From assembly GCA_965233585.1 (NCBI GenBank), contig CBDDTI010000213.1:1-20280 (forward strand): 20,280 nt of DNA, read 5' to 3'. The notes beneath the pieces are model-generated. The model was given only the letters and a program-made list of their open reading frames with translations, did no database searches and was not told the origin of the DNA. Every line of letters begins with the position of its first letter. Positions within the stretch are counted from its first letter, which is position 1. This stretch comes from a bacterium (GTDB lineage: Bacteria > SAR324 > NAC60-12). Of this stretch, positions 1-9,078 are shown in pieces. Position numbers and translations under genes: made by a program.

Positions 1-1173
1 CGGCAGCAACAAAAGCTGGTGCCAAACATTGCCTTTTTGATTACCAATGCACTGCCAATCGACAAAAAAATCAAGGAGAATGAACGAGACTGGAATGAAT
101 GGTTGTTTTTTTTTCTGGCAAAGTAAACAGCACGTTAAATGCATCTTGCTTACCGCAGCTTGTTCAAACAGGTCCTCCCTTAGAGACATGCAAGAGATAT
201 TTAGAGCCATTCAATTAACGGGTTTTAGTTGGAATTTGTGTTTTCCTGGAGGCAGTTTTAACTCATTAAAGAGAAAATTTTCCACCAGGCCATTCCTGTT
301 TTTTCTTGATTTCTGTTTGAATCTTCACAAATGCTTTATTTTGCTATGAATCAACTCATAGACATAGAGGATGTCGATACCCTCTCTCCTGGGAGGGAGA
401 AGGCTCCTGCAAATGACGCCATAGTTTTCGAAGGCATCTGAAATATTACATAACTATAGAGGGAAAGAATCCACCAATATTAATTTGGTGGCGGATTTTT
501 TTTGTGTGGGTGTAAAATTTTAGGCCTTCCTTCATGGAACTATTGAGAAAGGTATGTTATATGAGTAACCCTGAAAAGTAGCCCCTCAAAGCTGAAAAGC
601 TTCTGCTTTAATTTAAACTTGATTGGTCCAGTATTTCACTTAGAATTGAGCAAAAACAAACTTCTACCAGCACGACTCCCTACTGCGTAACAGGAAAGGA
701 AGGAGTCTTTCTAGCATATAATAGCAGAATTTCAAAATGCAATTACAACTTCCCATTTAATTGGAATGTTCCAATTCTTGTTGGAAATGATTACTGACCC
801 TGGCACGAAGCTGTTTATACCAATAAACTACCTTTTATCATTACGTACTCCATTTTTCGGGTCCTTGGCAAGGGGAGTCATATTACGAGGTAATTGCAGG
901 TATAATTAAGTATAAAGCATTAAACAAAAATGATGAGTCCTGCCAACATGAAAAGATATCAGTTGTTTTTATGAGAATCTACAGAGTGGCTTCCTCAAAA
1001 AACAAAAAAACATATTAATTGGACTCTCTCTTCACTTGGAATGAAACAATGACTTAAAGTTGGTTCATCTTCTTCAGGTCACACATCGAAACTTGACCAT
1101 TCTGGCAGAGGTGTGGTGAAATCTAGATCCTTTTAACCGTGGTTGGATGATGCAGATGCAGTAATTGACAAAG

Positions 1174-1800
1174 CACCTACACATCTAAAACCCGAATTTT
1201 TTTTGAAAGTCAAGAATTTCTTTGGTTTTCACGAAATTCTTGGGAGTCCTCCTATCATATTCATAAAGGCCACAGAATAACATAGAATAAATATAATGTA
1301 TAGACAAGAAGAAGCAATTAATGTTCTGCTTCTTGAATGTGCTAGGCAGTGAAGATAACTACCCATAGAGATAATAACTTAATATAGAGGGCGAAGAGGT
1401 TCTTGTATGTATAGAGCAGGCTAAAAAATTGCCGCTCTTCATTTAAGCTTATAAAGGAAGCATTTAAGAATGAAGGTCAAAGTGTTTTCTAGAATTACTT
1501 AATTATTTGAAGTTTTTACTTAAAAACTTCTTTCTTCCACTTCATGCAGCTCTTTTTCTCATGCTCCTCTCTATTAAGTTCTGGTATGTTGGAACTATTG
1601 AAAAGGTAAATATTTTCTTTAAAGATCACACAACCTTTTATAGGAAGAATTTCTTGCTTTTCCAAGAAATTCTCGGAAATTCATAAAAAGTGAAAAGAAA
1701 TTCTTGGAATGACAAGATTTTCTTGATTTTCCACAATTTTCTTGACTTTCCAAAATTTTTGTGACCTTCCAAGAAAATTCGGATTTTAAATGAGTAGGTG
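1174..1800. mobile_element. Non-autonomous TIR element (CACC...GGTG termini) with AAGAAATTCTT-like subterminal repeats
   Basis: Left end CACCTACACATCTAAAACCCGAATTTT matches the reverse complement of the right end, CACCTACTCATTTAAAATCCGAATTTT. Many AAGAA(A)TTCTT motifs lie near both ends. No clear TSD. Confidence 0.6.
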
Positions 1801-2126
1801 CATAGATGTCATTATGATGACTGCCCTAGGTACCTAATGGCTGGGTTTTGACCTTCCTGAACCCCCAGTTCCAGTCAACTCAACTTATTGACCAGTTGGC
1901 CAGTTGGCCAGTCATACAGGGTGTCAAGAAATTGATGTCACCTTACTTACGAAGCCATACAAGTTTATTATCAAAACGAAAGAAAACCATGTCACTTACC
2001 AATGTAACCTCCCATAACTTTGATACAGTTCTTAATGCGCTCGGGCATACAACAAATCAAGTTGTCAAGAATATCGGGAGAGATGTTTGCACAAGCCGTT
2101 TTCACATTTTTTATAAGAGTTTCCTG

Positions 2127-3069
2127 CACTGTATTTGCCGTAAACGTGGTTTTCCCATCTGGTAAACATTGTCCCCCTATTATCAAAAAAGGTTTATTAT
2201 AAGGAAAAAGTATCAAACTTAAAAAAAAACGTTTATCCCTTATTTTTGCTTCTTGCCTCAATGGTGATTAAACATTATTTGGATCACATAAATTCTAAAA
2301 CGTTTACAGGCAATTTTTTAAGGGCTTGGTTACACTGAAACATGTGGCACCATTAGATGTCATTTGAAACATTTTTGATGATTCCCATTGGAACTCATTC
2401 CTTCCTTTTTCTTCTGTTAGCCAATCGGAAGCATCAAAAATGTTTCAAGTGACATATGGCAGCACCCACATGGTTCAGTGTAACCAAGCCCTTACAGGCA
2501 ATCCTTAACCGGTAAAGAGACAAGTAAGTTACATAGTGTTATTGGAGGTTACCTCTACAGACATGCAGAAGGTGTAAGAGAAACGCTCACAGACAAAGGA
2601 CACAACTTCCCACAATCTGAGTCAGAGACTCAGATCATACCACATTTTCTTGTAACAGCACAGTTGAATAATATTTGATTTTAATAAATACCTATCAAAA
2701 TTTTTAGTCTTTTAATTCATGTTTCTTTGAAATACAATTTTTCAAGTTAATTTAAGCAAGAAAATATAATTTTTCTATAATTTTAAAAAATAGGAATTTT
2801 TAACATTTAATTGTTCCTGAGAGACAAAGACTGCCAACGCCATCTATTGTTTTCAGTCATTCAGCCTTGCAAAACTATTATGACTTCACAACACAAGGAC
2901 AAAAAAAGGGGGAAGGAAAAAAAGGAAAAAGAGGATTAAACATTATCTAGGGGGAAAAAATAAAAAAAAAACGTTTATCATACATTTTGACCCAATTTTC
3001 AATAATGTTTTTTGCTAGTACTGGAAATAAGCATTAATTAACGTTTATTCTACGTAAAAATTTACAGTG
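2127..3069. mobile_element. Non-autonomous element with CACTGTA termini (EnSpm/CMC-like) inserted in the transposase
   Basis: Termini CACTGTA...TACAGTG with a 2-bp TG duplication (2125-2126, 3070-3071) and repeated AACGTTTA motifs. Removing it restores the transposase frame (LPDVMNQETLIKNV). Confidence 0.8.
2321..2492. mobile_element. MITE (PIF/Harbinger-like TIR) nested in the CACTG element
   Basis: Imperfect inverted repeats of ~70 bp starting AGGGCTTGGTTACACTGAA and ending TTCAGTGTAACCAAGCCCT, flanked by TA. Superfamily assignment is tentative. Confidence 0.8.
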
Positions 3070-4987
3070 TGGTTCATCACGTCAGGTAACTTCTTGAGCT
3101 CCTCCTGGACAATCGCTCAAAGATTTTCGATCGGCGATAGATCTGGGCTATTTCCAGGCCAAACCCCTTTTCCCCAGAAGGAGTTCAAGTTGTTCTCCAA
3201 CCATTTAATGGCCACTTTGGACGTATGAGCAGGAGCCCCATCCTGCTGGAAAATAGCCATTGACATGTCGAACAAAAGCTTGCGCTTCAAAGTCGAGCCA
3301 GTTTCTCGGGTTCTTTTGAGGGTTGGGAGCAAAGATTTATCGAGGATCTTGTCAACGTAGTAGGCTCCCGTCACCATTTGCTTTTCGGGCAGCACATGCA
3401 GCTCACTCAGTGCTATGAAGCTCATAAGGCCCCAGACCTGGATTTTAAACGGATGCTCGACTGTGAAGGTGGGGGAACTTCCTCTTTGTCACGAGCCCAG
3501 ATTTGATCGTTTTGACGATTTGGCGGGTGGAACAGCTCAAACAGGGACTCATCTGAGAAGAGCACCTTTCTCCACTTGTCAATGCCCCAGGACTTTCTCT
3601 CCCTGCAGAACTTCACCCATTTGGCCTTCTGGACTGCTGTCAATAGAGGCTGGAGCTGGGGTTTGAAAGGCAAAACCTTCAAAGATTGACGCATATGCTT
3701 GCGGACTGTCTCGTGAGAGACTTTGTGACCTTTTGAGGTCAATCTAGCGGCTAATTTGCGGGTCGATTGGGCACTTTTGGTCAAACTCTTCAAGATGGTG
3801 ATTTTTGCTGCCTTCAAAAAAGTTTCAACTTCCTTCCTCGACCAGGAGCGTTGGTCAGCTCTTGCCCCATTTGGTGCTTCTTCCAGCACCTCTTCACCGT
3901 TCGAATGGATACACCAATCCCTCTGGCAACTCCTGACTGAGTTTTACTCCCTTCAAGTTGAGCCACAGCCTTGCACCGTGTCAAATAAGTGGACTCCTTC
4001 ACCATAGTGACATTGAAGTCTTTGGTAAATCAAGACATGAACAAAGCTGCCTGTGGACGATGCACAACAACACATACAAACCGTCACAAGAGATCTCTCG
4101 CTGAAGCAAAGCCTCTGCCCCGCTTCCATATACAGACAACACCACAAAGTCACTAGGACTGGAGACATTATTATTTTACATTCAAAAGGTAGGGTGACAT
4201 CAATTTCTTGACACCCTGTATTGTTGTTGTGGATGTTGTACTTCTGACAAGTTGATCCAAGTTATGTTTCGCTCGTATCTCTGGAACCATTTGGGCTACA
4301 GCATTTTCCCCCACCGTTGGATTCCTCATCAAAAACTACATTCAATGGACCTGCACTATACGTGGAAACCATTATTTTTGGCATCTTTTGACTCATCGGA
4401 AGATCTGAGGTCTCTTTTTTCACTTTTCACCTTAAAAAATTGTCATGTCGTGCAAAGATGACGTCAGATCATGGGTACCTGTGCCCAAAGTTCACTGTTA
4501 TTGACCAAAAAAAAGGGCTAATTTCTCTAACTTGGGGGGCATGGGATTCGACTGACATTTTTTCTTGAAACAAGGCCTCTAAAGACCACAAAAAGGCCAA
4601 AAAATAACTACTGAACTGCAGAAAAGCAACAGGCAGGGCGGGGGTGAGCATGTAAGGTAGATGAGAAAAAGATTCCATGCACAGGCCTGTTTGCTACCCA
4701 TCCCCCAAAAAAAAGCACAAAAAAGAGAGGACGCTAAAAATAGTGGCTTGAATAGGCTTTCCTTTAAATCTGGTTTCATGTCTAAATACATTGTAAATCT
4801 ATAAATAGTCTTTGATACTCAAGCTTTGCTAAAAAATCAAAAGATGGCATTACTAGTAGTTCTGAGGGTGGCATTTTTAAGGGGCATTTGCACTTTGCTT
4901 TTTAATGAATTTTGGTACTTTTTGAAGATGAAGGTTTCATTCTTGTTATATTGATTCTTCAAGGAATCCAAAAGAGTTCTATTTCCA

Positions 4988-5220
4988 CAGTACCTACCCG
5001 CTTATAAGAACCTGTATTTAAGAACCTGTTAGCCTAAAATTCTCAATTTAGACCCCATTTACATAAGAACCTGTTTAGCCTAAAATTTGATTATATTTCT
5101 CATTATATAAGAACCTATTTAAGACCCTCTGTAGCCTAAAATTCCACTAAACATCATTTACATATGAACCTGTTTAGGCTAAATCTGAAAAAATAGGTTC
5201 TTATAAGCGGGTAAGTACTG
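4988..5220. mobile_element. pogo/Tigger-like MITE
   Basis: TIR CAGTACCTACCCGCTTATAAGAACCT versus AGGTTCTTATAAGCGGGTAAGTACTG, with internal TAAGAACCTGTT/AGCCTAAAATT repeats. TA on the right flank, CA on the left. Confidence 0.8.
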
Positions 5221-5243
5221 TATCATTTTTTCATTTTTTATTA

Positions 5244-5502
5244 CCGTAAATTCCGGACTATAAACCGCACCTGATTATAAGCCGCACCCAGTACATTTTT
5301 AAAGGAAAAATCATTTCATCCATACATAAGCCGCACCGGAATATAAGCCGCATATGCCTACATTGAAACATGAAATATTTACTCCTGTCTTTCTGCTCGA
5401 GCGCTCCTGGCAGAAAAATCCATATATAAGCCGCATCGTTGTATAAGCCGCAGGGTTGAAAGTGTGAGAAAAAAGTCGCGGCTTATAGTCTGGAATTTAC
5501 GG
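5244..5502. mobile_element. pogo/Tigger-like MITE (CCGTA termini)
   Basis: TIR CCGTAAATTCCGGACTATAAACCGC versus GCGGCTTATAGTCTGGAATTTACGG, TA TSD on both sides, and several internal ATAAGCCGCA repeats. Confidence 0.85.
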
Positions 5503-5948
5503 TAATTTTTTTGAAAAAATAGAGGTTAAAATTTATGAAGTGGCTTACTAATAAGGCATTCTTAACACCATCTGTTGAGCAACTTCTCGGGTGCCAAGCC
5601 GACAGCTGAACATCAAAGACTATTAGGCAGGCAATAATAAATTAAAGCAGCATTGATATTCAATGCTATTGATCTGATTAAGTATATTTGTTGTCATGCC
5701 TTTGGAGGAGGACCTGCATCCCTAATCCAAAATTCCAAAGAATGTAAAAAATTGACTTTTCCTTTGCTGTTTGTTTCTTTTGTGTCTTAGCAATTTGTTT
5801 GTATGTTAACTCTTTAGAGAGATTTTGTGGCAAAACTCTCAGCTGTATAATGATTTTGGTCCACCATTGAATTAACATTGGTGGGTTCTTTTAAGTGTAC
5901 AAAATCAGAGGGAAGAACCCTGATCTCAAAAAAAATTAGGCTCTATAG

Positions 5949-6228
5949 CAGGGATGTCAAACATACGGCCCGCGAACGGATTTAATGCGGCCCGCGAAAT
6001 GATTTTTTCTTATGTAATGCATGCGGCCCGTGAACGGATTTAATGCGGCCCGCGAGATGATTTTGCAAAGCATAAAAAAATGAAGCTGCTGTTTGCTGCT
6101 GTGTCCACTAGATGTCACTAGATTTTTTTGATGGCGTTTTTTAGAAAAGAAAAAAAATTTTTGCCGACCCATGTGAGAATAGATTTACTCCATTTGGCCC
6201 CTGAGCTGAAATGAGTTTGACACCCCTG
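5949..6228. mobile_element. hAT (Charlie/Buster-type) MITE, copy 1
   Basis: TIR CAGGGATGTCAAAC / GTTTGACACCCCTG, perfect 8-bp TSD CTCTATAG (5941-5948, 6229-6236), and GCGGCCCG subterminal repeats. Confidence 0.9.
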
Positions 6229-6600
6229 CTCTATAGCTTTTTTATCTGAAGTGTAAAATTCGATGTAAAACTCTGGCCGAATATTACCTCTTGCTAGGTT
6301 ATTAATATTTTTAGAAAATTATCACTTTGTACTGAGAAAATGCTTTAAGGATATGGATGTTGTAACAGTAGGGTACGTCATGAACTTTTTTTCTGCTCTA
6401 CATCATCATGCCCTTCTAAATAGATGAGAAAACCTGTTTATCCAAAATTTTGGGCCATTTAGACCAAAATCCAGGCAACGCCTGACAACTGATTTTACTA
6501 CAGAAAGCCCTAATCCAATTCATAAGTAAAGAGTCTTTTTATCTGTAAAAGTACGAAATCAGAGGGAAGAAGCCTGATGTCAAAAAATTAGACTCTATAT

Positions 6601-6922
6601 CAGGGGTGTCAAACGTACGGATTTAATGCGGCCCGCGAGATGATTTTTTTCTTATGTTATGCATGCGGCCCGTGAACGGATTTAATGCAGCCCGCGAGAT
6701 TATTCTGTCTGTGTCTGTGTTCTGCTGCTGTGTCCACTAGATGTCGCAATAGCAGTTCTATTATGCAAGCAAACTGTCAAAACTGTCAACAAGCCCCAAA
6801 ATTTTTTTGATGCCGTTTTTTTTAGAAAAGAATAATTTTTTTTATTTTTTAGAAAAGCCGGCCCGTGTGAGAATAGATTTACTCCATGCGGCCCCTGAGC
6901 TGAAATGAGTTTGACACCCCTA
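6601..6922. mobile_element. hAT (Charlie/Buster-type) MITE, copy 2
   Basis: TIR CAGGGGTGTCAAAC / GTTTGACACCCCTA and perfect 8-bp TSD CTCTATAT (6593-6600, 6923-6930). Same family as copy 1. Confidence 0.9.
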
Positions 6923-7168
6923 CTCTATATTGTTTATCTGAAGTGTAAAATTTTTGCACTTGTTAAAAATTTTTTACACTCGCGCGTTTGCGCGTTTGAA
7001 TGGGTAATAACGGATGACAGAATGAAAACATTAGATGTTTTCGGCCCGAATTCATCTCAAAAAATGGAAATGCGTTCTAAATTCATCTAAAATGATCTCG
7101 ATGCGTTCTCGTTGCAAGCAAAACGTCAACTGATTCAATCTAAAAACATCTAAATGCCAACCGATTTC

Positions 7169-7383
7169 TGGTGCGTGCACCAAAAGTTTGGTGCCTGCAT
7201 TGCTCTGTCTAATGCTGGCATGAAAAGTTTGGTGCGTGCACCAAAAGTTTGGTGCCTGCATTGCTCTGTCTAATGCTGGCATGAAAAGTTTGGTGCAGGC
7301 ACCAAAAGTTTGGTGCCTGCATTGCTCTGTCTAATGCTGGCATGAAAAAGTTGGTGCATGCACTAAAAATTTCACGCCTGCAT
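7169..7383. repeat. Tandem repeat, 61-bp unit, ~3.5 copies, with internal palindromes
   Basis: The unit TGGTGCGTGCACCAAAAGTTTGGTGCCTGCATTGCTCTGTCTAATGCTGGCATGAAAAGTT repeats with period 61 and contains the inverted repeat GCACCAAA-AG-TTTGGTGC. Confidence 0.95.
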
Positions 7384-7410
7384 CAAAATTTTTCATGGCT
7401 GCATTACTTT

Positions 7411-7470
7411 TTCTGGTGCCAGGATCTCAATTTTAACGCTGGCGTGAAATTTTAGATCCAGGCACCAGAA
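7411..7470. repeat. 60-bp imperfect palindrome
   Basis: TTCTGGTGCCAGGATCTCAATTTTAACGCT matches the reverse complement of the next 30 bp at 25 of 30 positions. Confidence 0.85.
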
Positions 7471-7635
7471 TGTTGGTGGTCCATAGTTTAGTAAATTGGG
7501 AAAAGAAGCAGAGTTTTTTCTCTTTTGTTATAGCTAGTGTTGCAATGTCCTGGCACCAGAATGACAGTGGTCCACAGTGTAAAAAATTAAGGAAAAGAAG
7601 CAGAGTTTTTTTGTTATAGCTGGTGTTGCAACGTC
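7458..7635. repeat. Imperfect direct repeat, ~90-bp unit, 2 copies
   Basis: GGCACCAGAATG...GTGGTCCA...GGAAAAGAAGCAGAGTTTTTT...TGTTATAGCT.GTGTTGCAA.GTC occurs twice. Confidence 0.85.
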
Positions 7636-7891
7636 TTTTTAAAATAAAAAAAATTTTACAAACACATGTGTAAATTTTGTTGCTGTAATGTTACCAGTGA
7701 ACGAGCAATTTTTTATCAATAATTTAATCAAATGTGATTGTATGGTTCCTTAGTATTTTTTGCTATGCAATTTTAATTTTTTCCAAAAATAAATTTTTGA
7801 ACTGACCGCAATTTTTTCTGGTGTTTTCTAGACGATATTTTTGCGCAAAGCAGATGTTTTCTCTCTTTGTTCTTTTATAAATTCTACCCAT

Positions 7892-8038
7892 TTCTAGAAA
7901 ATTCCTATCATTTAGAAAACAATTAGGATTGGCGGCATTTTGTGAAGTAATTTTTTGATTTTTTGAAATAAATTTTTTAAACTGTTTGCAATTTTTCTAG
8001 GGTTTTCTAGAAATTTCCTTTGTAATAAGGTATATAAA
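7892..8038 (+). promoter_or_regulatory. Putative promoter: two heat-shock elements plus TATA box
   Basis: TTCtaGAAaaTTC at 7892-7904, TTCtaGAAatTTC at 8005-8017, and TATATAAA at 8031-8038, about 60 bp before ATG 8099. Confidence 0.55.
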
Positions 8039-8098
8039 CAGCCTAAACATCGCATTTTATTGCATTTCAAATCCATCGCTTGAAAAATCAACATCAAC

Positions 8099-8764
8099 AT
8101 GACTGACGAAACGGGAATTAGAGACATGACTGGTTATAAATCAATCATTCCACCATTCCCAGAAACGCAGATGACCCATAGCTGGATGAAAAACGATAAT
8201 CAGATGTCAATATCAAATTCATCATCGATGCCCATTACAAACAATGAAATGGAAATTGGTGACACGAGTGCTTATAAAACAATCATTCCCCCGTTTCCTG
8301 AAACTCAGCCGACCGATGCCTGGTTTGCCAATGAAGATCAGCCGAAAATAGAACAGCCGACCGATGCCTGGATTGCCGATGAAGATCAGCCAAAAATAGA
8401 AACATTAAAAACATTGTCTTACACCGTGCCGAACAGCTTTAATTGGTCACCGTTGACGCACCAAAGGTCCTACCATGTTAAAAGCATCTTAGAGAATCTG
8501 ACGGCAAACGTCTCTTACCTCGTTTTCGAGCTCGAAAAACTAAAGTCGAGTTTTCCTATTGATACGAGTCGTGAAGATGCTCACAAAGAAGAAAAGCTAA
8601 TGGAGAGATCGATTGAAAAATTTCGACAAATGACTAGACAAGTGAGAAAATCAAAGAGGGAAATTATGGGTATGTTAGAAGATGCGGTGTATGTTAACCC
8701 GCAAAATTACGACCGCTCCAAATACTCCACGGCTGCTTCTCTCGAATTTGAAATACAAGAATGA
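8099..8764 (+). CDS. Hypothetical protein with N-terminal repeats and C-terminal predicted coiled coil
   Basis: 221-aa ORF downstream of a TATA box. Repeats YK(S/T)IIPPFPETQ x2 and QPTDAW.A.EDQPKIE x2. No family recognised. Confidence 0.7.
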   Translation: MTDETGIRDMTGYKSIIPPFPETQMTHSWMKNDNQMSISNSSSMPITNNEMEIGDTSAYKTIIPPFPETQPTDAWFANEDQPKIEQPTDAWIADEDQPKIETLKTLSYTVPNSFNWSPLTHQRSYHVKSILENLTANVSYLVFELEKLKSSFPIDTSREDAHKEEKLMERSIEKFRQMTRQVRKSKREIMGMLEDAVYVNPQNYDRSKYSTAASLEFEIQE

Positions 8765-9027
8765 GTCCCCCCCAGGAAGACAATTATCAAGTGGCAGAGG
8801 TGTCAAACGTTACCGTCACCCCCAACAACACAACGAACGCTATTAACAAGATTGTAATTAACACCTTGGATAAACTCCTATCGTCAGATAATACAAGAAC
8901 CTCAACCCCATATTTGATAGTAGCATTGGTAATTTTCTTGCTCTTTTCAACCTTCGGAGCCTTTTACGCCGCTCGGACGGAATCAGACAAATTAGAAAAT
9001 GTTAATGTTCAATCGCGTTTAAACTAG
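8761..9027 (+). CDS. Small putative single-pass membrane protein
   Basis: 88 aa, ATGA overlap with the upstream stop, hydrophobic stretch YLIVALVIFLLFSTFGAFYAA, and an N/T-rich N-terminus with NxT sequons. Confidence 0.6.
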   Translation: MSPPQEDNYQVAEVSNVTVTPNNTTNAINKIVINTLDKLLSSDNTRTSTPYLIVALVIFLLFSTFGAFYAARTESDKLENVNVQSRLN

Positions 9028-9078
9028 AAATACATGACAAAATTCTATTCTGCCGTGCTCTAATACAGTCCATGTTTT

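Larger units (their letters stand above)
1992..4005 (-). pseudogene. Tc1-like DD37E transposase pseudogene
   Basis: Fragments in different frames: HTH/GRGRK (3814-4005), VLFSDES (3422-3889), QQDGAPAH...WPGNSPDLSPIENL (3117-3425; 37 residues between D and E) and C-terminal MPERIKNCIKVMGGY (1992-2126). Two frameshifts, a TGA where Trp is expected after IENL, and a 943-bp insertion. Confidence 0.93.
1917..4218 (-). mobile_element. Tc1/mariner transposon (DD37E spacing, TRT-like), defective
   Basis: Perfect 26-bp TIR CAGGGTGTCAAGAAATTGATGTCACC at both ends, TA TSD at 1915-1916 and 4219-4220, and transposase remnants inside. Confidence 0.95.

Noticed and set aside
1..440. ORF 47-349 and a possible minus-strand exon after TTTCAG near 438
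   Set aside because: The minus frame has in-frame stops and no recognisable domain. It may be decayed coding sequence, but I cannot support a call.
6942..6980. AGTGTAAAA...TTTTACACT short inverted repeat as the element's left terminus
   Set aside because: Low complexity, no TSD or partner end in the window, and the left arm belongs to the duplicated host flank.
7052..7282. 76-aa minus-strand ORF
   Set aside because: By-product of the tandem repeat with no recognisable protein features.
7169..7383. CRISPR-like appearance of palindromic repeats
   Set aside because: Units are contiguous and near-identical with no unique spacers, there are no cas genes, and the context is eukaryotic.
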